A stretch of DNA of 64,000 nt, from positions 620,001 to 684,000 of the forward strand of contig OY253676.1 of the NCBI GenBank assembly GCA_958009085.1, in the 5' to 3' direction. A program made the translations under genes and the position numbers. The stretch comes from Protoeuglena noctilucae. Its lineage: Eukaryota. Under the pieces are notes generated by a model. The model was not told the origin of the DNA. It was given only the letters and a program-made list of their open reading frames with translations, and searched no databases. Shown one piece after another: positions 49,410 to 61,748 of the stretch; within the stretch, counting starts at the first letter, position 1, and every line of letters begins with the position of its first letter.

Positions 49410-52400
49410 TCATTGTTCCGCGGCAGCCTGCAGCTCCGCCAGGGCCGCCCGAGCTGCCTTTGCCATGGCTGACGAGCAGTCGGGGGCCGCTTTGTCCACC
49501 AACGCCTCGAGGGGCGCCTTCCACACGTGCAGCAGGCGCGCCTCCAGCGAGTCCGGCTCCTCGGCAGCCCGGTCCACGCAAGCGAGGATCATCCTGGGTC
49601 ACAGTCACGGGGCAGGCATGACAAGCTGGCACCTTTGCCGTCATCCAATGCCTGCTGCCAATGGTGCAACCATAACACCCCCGCTCGCTCAACGGAGTCC
49701 CAGACCCGCTAACACGCAGTCATCCCTTTCCTGCACCGCCATGCCGCCCCTGCCCTCACCTGAGCACCATCCCCAAGGCCAGGTCGGCGCCCTCGGTGCA
49801 CTGCGTGATGCAGCCAAGCTTGGTCGGCCCACCGGCGCTGCCCCACTCGTCGCAGCAGTACTGCAGCACCTCTTCCACCGCGGGCAACAGCGAGTAGAAG
49901 CTTATCACCCCACACCCACCCCCGCTGTGCAAACATTCATTGGCCTTCGTCTGCGACGCACGGGTTCATGCAATGGCACATAGAGTTCGTCATCGCATGG
50001 ACGAGTTGGCAAGGACCAATGGAGTGAACGGCGTGGTCCCAGCATCACGCGACTTATGTGTGTGGATATGCACGGGCACAATCCCTGCCGCATACACGCA
50101 ACTGATTCCCAGACACACTGCTAGTTATAGGAATATCCGGCACCCTCACCAGCTCATGGTACTTGGGGGCTTTGGCATCGACACGCTCGATGCGCCGGCA
50201 CGCGATGGTGAGGCCCACGAATCGCACCAAGTCACGGGCTGGGAGGGCGTCCATGACTGCCGCCCGCGACCCGTACCTGGAAAGGCAAGAGAGCAATACA
50301 GGTGTGGCGGAGTCTCGTGCCACAGAGCGACGGGGCCAGAGGGTGTCACTTGCGCATGTGGGGTGGGCATGCCACCTCTGTCCAGCTCCTAGCGACCCGC
50401 GAGGCGTGGCCAGCGGCGAGTCTGCATCGCCTCACCCCCAGGGGAACGAGGGGTCGCTGACCATGAGCAAGGCGTTGTCGATCAGCGCACGGTGGTTGGC
50501 GCGCAGTCGTATGCTGCCAGCCAGAGTTCCCGTGTCCTCCAGTTCCGATGCGATGGCCACGACGCAACGCAGCAGCGTCTGCCCGAAACGCAGGAGACCC
50601 TCGTAGCCACCCAGGAACTGCGGGCGTGGCAAGGGGGGCAGTGGAGGGGGCGGGGCTGGTGGCACAGAGGCCATTGTTGCTGGGCCGATGCCCACAACTG
50701 AGGACCTGGACAACAAGCCAGGAGGCGCGACAGCAAGGAGAGTGCGTGAGCGATAAAGAAAGCCGCACCCTCTCACCACAGCCACCCCAACCGCCTCTGA
50801 TGTACAGTCACTCACCTCAATCCTCTCATCCAAGCTCTCTGAGCTCGCAGCCGCCCCACGCCCCGTCGCATCCTCTTCCTCTGACAATCCCGTGCTCCTC
50901 GCAGCAGCTGCCCCCACGAGCCGTACGATCATGGGGAAGAACCCTCTCCTGGCATCCACGCTCTCCAGCGCATCCCCAAACGCCCGCCCCAGCTCCCCCG
51001 GGCCGTGCGCCGCCTCCAGCATCCTCCACACCATGCTGCTGCGGTAGTGGGGCTCGAGCGCAGCCGCGCTGCCCTCCCGCAACGCCATCTCCCGAAACAC
51101 CGCCACGCGCACACGCACGTCCTCAGCCAGGACTCCCGCGCACAGCTGGGCGTACAATAGGTCCTGGAACTGGTCGTCGCTGCGGGCGCGACGAAGGACG
51201 GCGCTTGGCTGCCTGTTTAAGGCTGCAAGGAGCAGCGTGGCCGGGGGCGGGGGCAGCAGCACTCGCAGCGCGGCGAGGGTGTGAATCCACATCAGTGCAG
51301 CACGCAGATACTAAGCAGTGGTGTAGCCCTCGCCTGAGATCCTCCTCGTCTTGCCCCTCGCACAGCGCAAGAGCCGTCGCCACTGCCCCCGTGAGCTGAT
51401 GGAAGGCCTGCACTGTGTTTTGCGTCTCCCGGTCCCCGTCGCGGTCCCGGCCCTCCCACAGACTGCGCGTGGTGTCCGCGTCGCTCGTGAAGTTGAGCGG
51501 GTGCCAGACGTCTGCAGGGTTTGGCACACGACAGTGATGGTGATGGCGGTGACGCCATGCAAGTGCTCCTGGGCGGCCTCCATCGAGGTGCGAACCGGGC
51601 GTGACAGGGCCAGTAACGAGGGACAATAACGAGCCAACGGCGCGGCTGATTCGAAGCGCACCTCTGGCAGTGAGGACGAGGGGTGTTCCGGACGGGTTGG
51701 TGCCCCTTGCCACGGGTGGGTATGCGGTGAGCATGCCCTCGAGGGTTTCCTTGGCCATCGCGCAGAGGTAAGGGAAACCGTGGACGGAGCAGTGCCTGCG
51801 GATGGGGCGGAGTGGCGGGCGGGAGGGTCGGCGACAGAGCAGGCACGCTGGCACCAACCCTGCGCCAGGAGGCGGCCGCCGGCAGCGGCCCTGCGTCTCC
51901 GCGCTCGCCTGATCATGTCCACGAGGTTCCTCTGGTCGCGCAGATGCAGTGGCCCATCGCGGAGTTTGCTGCAGCAGGTCGCCAGGTACTGCACGGCCGA
52001 GTCTTCCAACGTCGCAGTCGCAGCGCGGCCCCGGACGCGAGGCCCGGGGTCTTCTGCGGCATCCTCCTCACTCGCGCTGCAAGCGGAGGCCACGACGAAA
52101 CGACGATCGCGGGCAGCCATTGAAGATTGCTGCAAGGTAGGGTAGCTGCAGCAGAGCAGCTGCGGCTGGTCTCGGTCCGGTGCTGCTCACCTCGCCTCGT
52201 CGCTGCGGTTCACCCGCGCGCGCGATCGCGTCTGTATCACCTCCGCACTGTCGTCCGAGTCGCTCCTGTCCTGCGGAACATTCGCGGAGATGGCAAGCTG
52301 GGTCGCTAGGACTCGCAAGCCCCATGCATGCCCGAACGCCACGCTGCGCGGCGCCGTGCGGTTCGTGAGTTGCACGCACCTTGGCCTCCTGCTCTCGTTT

Positions 52401-52743
52401 GAGGTCCTGGGTGTACCGCTTGTACTCCTTCACCATGTGGCGGTCCCATCGGTCGTTGGGAAGGACGCTACAGGGAGCAGGAGCCGTGTCAGCGCGCTGG
52501 GAAGCCTGAATGTCATCCACATCGACGCGTTTGTGCAAGAGGTAAGCGTCTACTACAAAGCTGTGAAAAGCAGACGTCGCTCGCTCACTCTGCGGTCGTC
52601 TCCCTGCGGTCCTGCTGCCGCTTCTGGCTCTTGAGGCCCGCAGCGATGTCGGGCTGCCGCGGGTCCCGCTCAGGTACTTTCTTCTTCCTCGAAGTCCGCG
52701 TGCCGGCCTTGGCCACGCCGCCTTCCGCCCGCTTGGGCGGCAT
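49410..52743 (-). CDS. Large hypothetical protein, multi-exon (could be two genes split near 52130-52190)
   Basis: Chain of minus-strand ORFs with GT-AG boundaries and helical, Leu-rich sequence; no family recognised. Confidence 0.5.
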
Positions 52744-53296
52744 CGCGCGATGGCTGCACAGCACGGGCACTCTGCGCCGCGCCGCAGCGGCCGGCACGCA
52801 GCTGGCTCCCGGTGCCAAGCACTGCTGTAACTGAGCTCTTGAATGATACCAACCAAGAGCCCCGATGGGAAGCAAGATTTAAACGGGAGTTGGGTTGGGC
52901 AAGCGTGGCTGCAGATGGTCGGGATCTCGGGATGAAGACGTCGAGAGGGATGCTGGCAACCCCGATGTGATGGTTACAGCAAGACACATATGAGGTGCGG
53001 CAAGCAACCGCCTCTGGCCAAGTAAGCTGAGAGAGCGGTGCCCTGAAACGCCTGAGGGGGCTGACAGGGGCACCCCACCAGCCCTGACTTCGCTTGTGCC
53101 AGGTCCTGCGCCCTACTCGCTCATACGTCGAGCTGGAGACGGATGTGGAGGTGACTTTTGTGCACTCTCGGCGATCATTTCGGGCCCAGCAGGGCGACAC
53201 TGGTTTCCCAGCCGCGGAGGGGCGAGGACGGCACTGCGTCGTGCGACACCGCGCTGACGTGACCTTAAGTAGAGTAAGAGCACACAGTGAACCACC

Positions 53297-55530
53297 ATGG
53301 ACTTCTCGGAGGCGTACAAGTCGTCGGGGCTGCCCCCCTCCATCTCCCCGGACGGGCGGTACCTGGCGCACACCGTCGACACCAGGTGACGCACGCAGCT
53401 GTTTTTGGGAAAGGAGCTCCATCGTTGCACCTCGCAGCACATTTGCGCCAGTCAATCTCCCCGAGGGGCCGCGGCGCGGGGCACGCGAGAGTTGCATGCG
53501 ACGCTGGGACCCCGCGGAGCCTCCGGCGCGCCCTTTGCCCCTCAGATTGGTCATCCGTGACGTGGAGACACTCGGCGTCGTGCAGCTCTACTCCTGCCTG
53601 GACAACATCGCCAGCTGTGAGTGCTACATGTCGCGCTAGCCAAGGCACCTCTGCACAGCCCTGCAAATGGGAAGCCGACGCCCGCACGCGCACCCGCAGT
53701 CGCGTGGTCCCCGGACTCGATGTACGTGCTGTGCGTGCTCGACGGCCGCGGCGTGGTGCAGGTCTGGTCGGTGATGCTGGGAGACTGGACGTGCAAGGTT
53801 GACGAAGGCCCAGCCGGGGTCATCGACGCGCGTTGGGCACCGGACAGCCGGCACATCGGTGCGAGACGCGCACGCGCAAGCATCGCGATACCTGGATCGA
53901 CCATGCAGCTGCGCCACTACTTGCACTACTGCATAGCTTAGCCGCGTCAGCGCAGGCTTCACAAACCCCCCCGCAGTTCTCAGTCGCAGCCAGCCGTTAC
54001 CATGCTCGCAGTGACCTGCGCGGACTTCAACCTCCGCCTGAGCGTGTGGTCGCTTCAGGACAAGTCCTACGTGCACATTTCATCCCCCAAGTTCCCTGCC
54101 GCTGGCGTGAGCTTCTCGCCCGACGGTCGGGTCATGGCCGTCGGGCACCGGAAGCAGTGCAAGGACTCAGGTGGGTGGGCAGGGTGGGCAGGGTTGTTTA
54201 TGCAAGGACTGGGGTGGGTAAGCATCAGCAACCCTGGTTGCTGATGCAATGTCTCTCAACTCCCGACCCTTTTACCCCTTCTCCGACTCCGCAGTCGCAT
54301 TGGTGTCCACCTCGACTTGGGCCGAGCTGCAGCGGTTCAAGGTGCCCACGCAAGACATGGCCGGCGTCGCCTTCTCCCCCAACGGCGCCCACGTGGCTGC
54401 CTGGGACTCCCCGCTGCACAACAGGCGAGGGACGATGCCAGCAGCGCTAGCTCAAATGACAGTGTTGTATATAAAGCCTTAACAAACATGTCCACGCACT
54501 CTATCCCACCATCACTCGCGCCAATGACTGGTCTTGGTGACTATCTCACCCAACCTCTCACCGTCCCCACCCGTGTCCATCTCACCCCACCCCTCTCGCA
54601 CCTCTCACCGTGCCCACCCGCGCCCCTCTGCCCCCAGAGTGGTGGTCTCCACCGTCGACGGCACCCTGGTCGCCCAGCTAGACGGAGAGGACTATGGCCT
54701 AGGCGTCACGGGCGTTCAGTGGAGTCCCTCGGGGGCATTCCTCGCCGTGGGGCAACACCGTGGGGTGGTACGGGTGCTCGAGTCAGGCGCATGGGGTGTG
54801 GCGGCTGAGTTCGACCATCCGGACACCGTCGAGTCACCCGCCACGTGCGTGGTCTATATGGAGGAGACGGACGGGGCTGGGGACGAGCGGTCGAGGTTCG
54901 CGGTGGCGTCGGTGCCCGTGGCGCTGCCCGACGTGGGCGGGGAGGGGAACGGGAGGGGCGGCGGTGCGGGGGGTCGGGGGACGAAGGGGGCCGATGTTTC
55001 GGCCAAGGGAGTGGCGAGCGTGGGGGTCAGCAAGGTGGCCTTCAGCCCCTGCGGGAGTTACCTGGCGACCGTGGACGGCAACGCGGGAGGGGCGGCGTGG
55101 GTGTGGTCCATGGGGTGAGGCGATGAGCGGGGCTGCTGGTGCTGTGGGGCGTGACACGTGACTGCTCGCGTCATTTGGTTTTGTCATTTATGCCGTACCC
55201 ATGTTGTGCGAGTCCCTGCCTCTCTTCACATTGCAATCTTCTTGCGCTTCCCGCAGCACGCTGCAGCTGGTCAGCGTGGTCAATCTCAAGCGACCCATCC
55301 AGAGCCTGGCATGGTCGCCCGTCAGCGCCAGGACCCAGCGTGCTGGCGACGCGTCGCTGTGCCTCCTAAACGGTGGCCCGAAGCTCTACGTGTGGACTCC
55401 TGAGGGTGCGTCGTGTGTGCATGTGCCTCTCCCCAACTTCAGGCCCCATGAGGGCAGCTACGGCGCTGACGGCGCCACGCTCGCCCTCGGGGACCAACGT
55501 GCTCTGTGCTGCGCCTATCTGGGGGCCTAG
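53297..55530 (+). CDS. WRAP73: WD40 protein WRAP73/WDR8 (centriole/basal body)
   Basis: MDFSEAYK..SPDGRYLA..RLVIRDVETLGVVQLYSCLD..AWSPDSMYVLC..RGVVQVWS..WTCKVDEGPAG..WAPDSRHI..DFNLRLSVWSL. Confidence 0.93.
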
Positions 55531-55765
55531 GATCGACCAGCGTGCTGCGCCTGTTCAAGTCGCAAGTTCTACGCCGCAGCCGTACCCTGTCTTCGTCATA
55601 TGTCTCTCTAAGCACCTCTGCTTGCGCCTTGCGCCTGGTGCTGCGCCGATTCAACTTCACCTGTCGAACGCACAGTTTGACAAACGTGCTGCGGCGTTTC
55701 TCACGAAGCAAACCCCAACAGCAACGCGACGTGCTTGTCCTGTCGCTAGCGCAAGACGAGGTTCC

Positions 55766-58700
55766 TCATTCCACGTCCACAGCGTCCCGCAGCGCCCGCG
55801 CCAGCACCCGCGATACCAGCCGGCGGTTGAGCTCCGGCAGCACCTCCCGTGCCACGGTGGGCAGCAGCGGCCCCACCTCCCGCAGCAGCTCCGAGTCCAG
55901 GCGCGAGACCCCGCCCGCCACGCCCGCACCGCCCGTCAGGAAGCCGACGATCTGCGTGGGGCAGAGAAGGGCGTCTGATATCAGAAGGGGGCTCGATCCT
56001 GTAAATACCTTGCAACTATCGTCGCCAGTTGCAACCGTCACTACCCAGGTGCCCTTGGCACCGAGTTCCCTCACCTTCTCGACGTTCTCGACGTGCTTCC
56101 GGTCCTCCTCCGTCACCTCCGGCGCCAGCGGCAGCAGCGGCTTCACGCCCGGCAGCAGCACGGGCACCAGCACCGCCTCCACCCCCAGCGCAGCCGCCAC
56201 CCGCCTCGCGCTGTCGCGGGACAGGGAGTCCACGCTCTTGACAGCCTCGTCCAGGAGAAAGTCGCGGAAGAAGGAGCCCTCGGGCGACAGCACGAACTTG
56301 AGGGCCTCCCTGGCGCCCCCAGGGCCGGCGGGCCCGGTCGGGGTAGCGGTGACGCTTGCAGCAGCGGGGCTGAGGGGCCAGGCTGGGGCCGAGGGGCCCG
56401 CAGAGGGGACGGGGAAGGGCGGGAAGGGGAAGGGTGGGAGCGGGAGGGGCAGGGTGAAGGGGAAGGGTGCGCCCTCAAATGTGGCGGGGGTGGGGAAGGG
56501 AAGCGGCGCGGAGGGGCCCGGTGCGGGGAGCGGGAAGGGGAAGGGGGAGGAGGGAGCGGGGAAGGGGGTGGATGGGGTCGAGGGGCGAGGGTCCGCAGGT
56601 GTAGTGGATCGTGTGGGTTGGGAAGTAGGGGCGGCGGGGGCGGTCGTGGAGAGGTCGCCCAGGGCGGTGCGGGAGTTGGTCTTGAAAGTCTCAAACGCTT
56701 TCTGTGGGGAGGATAAGGGGTGGGTTATGAGTGGGGTTGATGAGCGGGGCAATGTGTGGGGTGGTGTGTGGGGTGATGTGTGGGCGAGACGGTGTGGAGA
56801 GATGGACAGCACGATGCTGCAAACCTAGTGCATGCATCTTTGGCGCTCACCAAAATGTCGATTAGCCTCTCTGCGTCAAACACGCCCTCCTTTCCGTAGA
56901 CCATGTACCTCAGCGCCGCCTGGATGCGGGGGGAGTTGTTGGTGAGGAGCATCTTGGAGATGTAGGGGTAGGCCTCATCGATGATGGCGAAGTTGGGGTT
57001 GGGGACCAAGGCGATGCCCTCCAAGACCCCGATGGCGCGGATGATGAGGGCGAAGTAGGGAGGGATGCTGGGGGTAGGGGGGGGGGGGGGGGCGGGGAGG
57101 GGTGGAGTGTGCAGGAGGTGGGGTGGGAGGGGTGAGAGGGGTGGGGCATGGGTGGCTGCATGGACATTGCAAGGTCGTCATCGCTACCAATACTGGGCAG
57201 CTTGTATCTGAGTCGCCCTCACTGGAAGGGGTAGTCGAAGGTGATTTGCTCAAGGAGCTTGTGGTATCACAGTAACCAATATTGGTTAACTACATCTTAG
57301 TCGCCCTCACCGGAAGGGGTAGTCGAAGGTGATTTGCGCGAGGTCGGCGGCGAGGTCGTTGAAGTTGATTCCCTTGGCGCCCCCTCCCTGCAGCGCCTGG
57401 TCAAAGACCTTGGCCAGCACCGGCTTGATGGGGCGCAGGTCGGTGCCGCGGGGGATGAACTGAAGCGTCACGAAGTCGTCTAAGATGGCGTCGTAGTCTG
57501 CAGCAGAAAAGGGGGATGATGGGGTGAGTGAGTGAGTGAGTGAGTGAGTGAGTCGTCTAAGATGGCGTCGTAGTCTGCAGCAGAAAAGGGGGATGATGGG
57601 GTGAGTGAGTGAGTGAGTGAGTGAGTGAGTCGTCTAAGATGGCGTCGTAGTCTGCAGCAGAGAAGGGGTGAGAAAGTGAGTGGGTGAGGGCAAAGAGGTG
57701 ATGAGGTGGGATGGGTGATGGCCTCTGAGCATCTCACACACTACTCAAAACTTTGCACGGTCCCATTAACGTCGCATCAATTCCACTCCCGCTTACACAC
57801 CTCGGTGGATGAGGTGGGAGATGGCCTCGATCATGCCGTACTTGATCTCATCATCCACAGGGGTCATCAGGCCAAAGTCCAGAATCGCCAGGCGGCCGTC
57901 GGGGGTGCGGATGAGGTTGCCGGGGTGAGGGTCTGCGGACGCAGGACTGACGCAGCACTCGTCTACAGCTGCATAGCAAAACCTGCCGCCAGCCAGCCCA
58001 GCGCAAACCCCTCCAGCCCCTACCCCCCTCCCCTCGCTCTCGAACCCTACCCTCCACGCCCTTCCCACACACACCCCGCACCACCACCCCCTCCCCTCTC
58101 AGCCCCTACCCCCCTTGCACACCCCCTCCCTTCCCCGCCCTCCCCGCACCGCACACCCCGTCCCCCATCACCCTCCCCTAACAACCCCTCCCCCCCCCCG
58201 CTCACCAGCGTGGAAGAACCCCGTGTCGAGTAGCTGCTTTAAGTAGCATATGACGCCCACGTTGACGAGGTCGCCGACATCCGACGCCGACGACTGCGCG
58301 AGCTTCTCTCCGTCCAGCCACTCGGTGCAGAGCACGCGGCGGCGCGTGTAGTCCATGAAGGTGCGGGGGACCACCACCTGGGGGAGAGGGTGGGGGGGTG
58401 AGGGAGTGGGGTGGGGGAAGGAAGGGGGTGGGGGATAGGGAGTGGAGGGAGAGGAATGGGGAAGCGGGGGTAAGGGAAGGGGGGTCGAGGGGCGTTGGAC
58501 TGGTGGACACCAATAGTGTGAAAGTAAACAATCAAACTCATCTATGTAGTTGTCAGCAACCTCGTCCGCGTCTCTGCCCCTCCCTCCCTCACCTGCGGCA
58601 GGTCCTTGGCCATCTGCTGGGCGAACACCGTGGCGTTGTTCCCCTCCTTCACGTAGTCGAGCTCCTCGAAGAATCGAAGCGCCCACTCGTCCAAAAGAGC

Positions 58701-60106
58701 CACCACGTCCGTCTTGATGCTCGGGATGTCCCTGCGGCAGTGTGGGAACAGGGGTGGCGGGGCTGTGTGGGTGCGGGTGGTGCGGCAGTGGGGGTGAAGG
58801 TGGTGGGGCAGTGCGGGTGAGGGTAGCCCATTAGCACCCTCACCACTGGTGAGAGTGGCGCACGGGTGCTAACGCGATGCATCACATTGCTGTGCGTAGT
58901 CACTCTACCCGTCTGCACTCACCGCATTGCCATGCCCAGGGCGCGGATGATGTACAGGTCGATCGTGACCGTCTCCAGCACGTAAGGCCTCTGCACCTTC
59001 ACGGCCACCTGCTCCCCCGTCTTCAGCCGGCCCTTGTACACCTGTCCCAGCGATGCCGCCGCGATCGGGTCAGGCGACAGCTCCGCAAACAGCTCCGAGG
59101 GCTTGGCGCCCAGCTCGGCCTCGATGGTCGCCATCGCCACCTCGTTCGGGAACGAGGGCACCTTGTCGCAGAGCTTCTGCAGCTCGTTCATCGCAGCGGG
59201 GCTCTGCAGAGCACGGCACGCCAATCGGGGCTTGGGGCATCAGTGCGCAGGGCAGGGTGGGGCGGCGATGGAAGCTGCAGTGACCAATTTGAGCCAATTT
59301 CAAAGCCCTGCGTCTCACCAGGACGTCCGGGCGGATGGAGAGGGCCTGGCCGAGCTTGATGTAGGCCGGGCCGAGGCTGGTCAGGATGCCGCGGAGCTCC
59401 ACGGCCCGCTGCACTTCGTTCTGCGACACCGTCCCCGCCGCCGCGTCGATCGCCAGGCGCGAGAGGAAGCCGCCGCCGATGCTGAGCAGCTGCAGGATGC
59501 GCTTAATCACCGACACCGGGCGGCGCGACCAGTACTGCGCGATCCGCTCCGGGTCGTAGACGAGCGGCAAGCGGTCGTCCGCGTCCTCCGCGACTTCCAC
59601 CAGGCGCATGTCCGTCCCCGCGGCGGCGAAGTCGCTCTGATCCAAGTTACTCCCGCGGAGGCCCCGCATGAAGATGGACAGGTCGCTGTCCGCGTCCATG
59701 CTCGCCCGCACGTCGCGCATCTTCGCAGAGAGGTCCGAGACGCGCTGCGGGGCAAGAAGCGAGCCGAGGCGTGACGATCCGCGCGCGCGGACGAGCCCCG
59801 CCGTGTGTGGCCAGGGACTCTAATGGCCGCCGCAGCGGCCCTCCGCGGCGCCTGGCCGGGGGAAACAGCGCGTTAAGAGATACCGGTGGGAGCAAATCGG
59901 AGCAGGGGATGGCGGGCGCCATCGCGCGGCGCGCGGGGCGCAGCGTCGGCGCGCCACAACTCTGGGTCCCTCACCGTGGCTGCCCTAGCCCGGACCCGTC
60001 GGTCCCGATTGCCAACTCCTCCCGGAGTGCGCCATGCGGCCCGCGACGGGCGCAACGGGGCCCCCGTCGATCCCGACGCGCTGGAAGTGCTCGCGCACGC
60101 GGCCAT
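55766..60106 (-). CDS. ABC1K6: ABC1/UbiB atypical kinase, chloroplast (ABC1K6-like)
   Basis: LGPAYIKLGQALSIRPDVL, PIAAASLGQVYKG, VAVKVQRP, FEELDYVKEG and [42 protein letters not shown]; transit peptide exon from 60106. Paralog number assigned from recalled motif similarity. Confidence 0.9.
57211..57337. repeat. 39-bp direct repeat (period 88) duplicating an ABC1K exon end plus donor
   Basis: agtcgccctcac[t/c]ggaaggggtagtcgaaggtgatttgc at 57211 and 57299. Confidence 0.92.
57474..57668. repeat. 77-bp tandem repeat, 2.5 copies, containing a (GAGT)n microsatellite and an ABC1K 3' splice site
   Basis: agtcgtctaagatggcgtcgtagtctgcagcaga starts at 57474, 57551 and 57628, separated by ggggatgatgggg(tgag)n. 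Confidence 0.95.
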
Positions 60107-60479
60107 GGCGGCACGCGACCCCGAAGCGACCACGGGAGCGTGCATGGTTCAAAAACTGACCAGGCAGGTAGCGACCTTGCTTTTAAGCTTGCCATGTGGC
60201 AGCTCTACTGGCACCCATCTCGCCTGTGGGTCTGCCAGGTCAGTAGGCCCGTCAGGGCAAAGGTGCCAGCCAACGCACTTGATATCGCAGCGGTAGGTAC
60301 GGGAGAACTAACCAGTTCTGCTGCCGCAGCCGACCCCTGCCACATTCCCCAACAGCTACACCCAGCCTGCTTCCACCCCAGTGGCGTCTGCCAGTACCGC
60401 AGCATCCTTCTCGCCAGAGCTTCAGCTTAAGGGAGGTAACCCATAAGAGGCATAAGAGGCACCCTCTAGCTGGCCTCAT

Positions 60480-61530
60480 ATGGGTTACCTCTCTTCGAGC
60501 GAAGCCCTGACACAGGAAAGGGTGGTGTGGCGAATGCGGGGGCCAGAAGGGGGGGCAGAGCAAACAGCGCCTATCTTACCCCACCTCGAGCCTCTTGACG
60601 GCGCAAGTCATGCATCCACGGATGTCCTGAGTCCAGGGGAGGCGGCTCCCCGGGCGCTCCCCCATGGCCAGCTCGACATTAGAGATTGCATGCAATTTAT
60701 ACGTCAAATGCTCCCTGCCTCGCTGAGCGGGATGCGTGGAGGGGGTAGCAGGCCGCCATGAGTTGCGCGCCGCGTGCTGCCGCCACTTCCCTCGTCGTCC
60801 CTAAATCCAGGAATGCCTACCCAGGCTGCAGGCCATGAGTCATCACGAAAAGCCCCACCACAAAGGAAACCTCCTTCACGATGGCCTCCTTGCTGGATGG
60901 GAATGGACCACCAGGCTGGCGGCGGCCGGGGTTTCCCCAAGGAGGTCATCGGGAAGGAGGTTGGGCTGTTCGCGATGCTCTATGGCCTGCAGCCAGGGTA
61001 CGCCTTCCTGGACACGGGGAAGATGAGGGAAGTGGCGAGCTGCTACTCACGAATAGGCGCTAGAACTTCCAGCGCCGGCCGTGAGTCCCTTCCCACGCCG
61101 CGCACGTGTGCACGAGTCCCTAGACCAATGCCCTGCGCGCTGCCCCTCGCCGGCTTAAGCGACGCGGTGAGAGCGTCTCACCTGAGGCCCGTGACCCTTC
61201 ATGACCTTAAAATTCTCCTTTGATGGTCTTGGAGTCCTACTCCGCGCACGCAACTCGCTAGGCACAGCGATGTGGCCACCTGGTAGACAGCGTGTAGCTA
61301 CGCCTAGTGAGTCGCAGGCGGAGAACTGCATAGTAAACACCGGGTCTCGCCACGGTGTTGCGCTGGGACTTCGTCGACTCTCCCGTTGTCCCAAACCCTT
61401 GCAAGTCTTTGCGCAATTCTTCTGGCAGGGTCTGCTGGCCCAGCGATTGCGGCCTATCGATGGTGACCATCGCATTCAGTTTGATCTTCCTCGACTGCTC
61501 CCTTCGACAAGCCCGTCGCTAGGCGGCTGA
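60480..61530 (+). CDS. Possible hypothetical protein (fragmented ORFs)
   Basis: Consecutive + strand ORFs 60480-60761, 60774-61223 and 61201-61530; weak codon bias and no recognisable motif. Confidence 0.2.
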
Positions 61531-61748
61531 GCATGCTTTGCTGCGCCTCGGGGAGACGGACGGTCATCTCGCTGCTGTCGCGCCACGGAGTGTCCGCTCC
61601 AGTCCATCGGTATCTTAACGAATTTAAGCAGCAGTTATCACGCCAGCTGTGCGTGGGCCGGCCCAGGATAGTGATCCGCTTGCTGCCGGGGAGCTTTTGA
61701 GGGTTCGGCGCTCGCCTGCCCCCCGGGCTCGCGGCCGTCGACTTCACA

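Noticed and set aside
52120..52743. Second bicistronic pair, or mitoribosomal mL40-like ORF
   Set aside because: The apparent stop lies within ag|GTGAG, and a short intron to ~52147 joins the ORFs in frame; mL40 similarity is too weak.
57474..57668. CRISPR-like repeat-spacer appearance
   Set aside because: The spacers are identical microsatellite, the repeat is host exon/acceptor sequence, the context is eukaryotic, and there are no cas genes.
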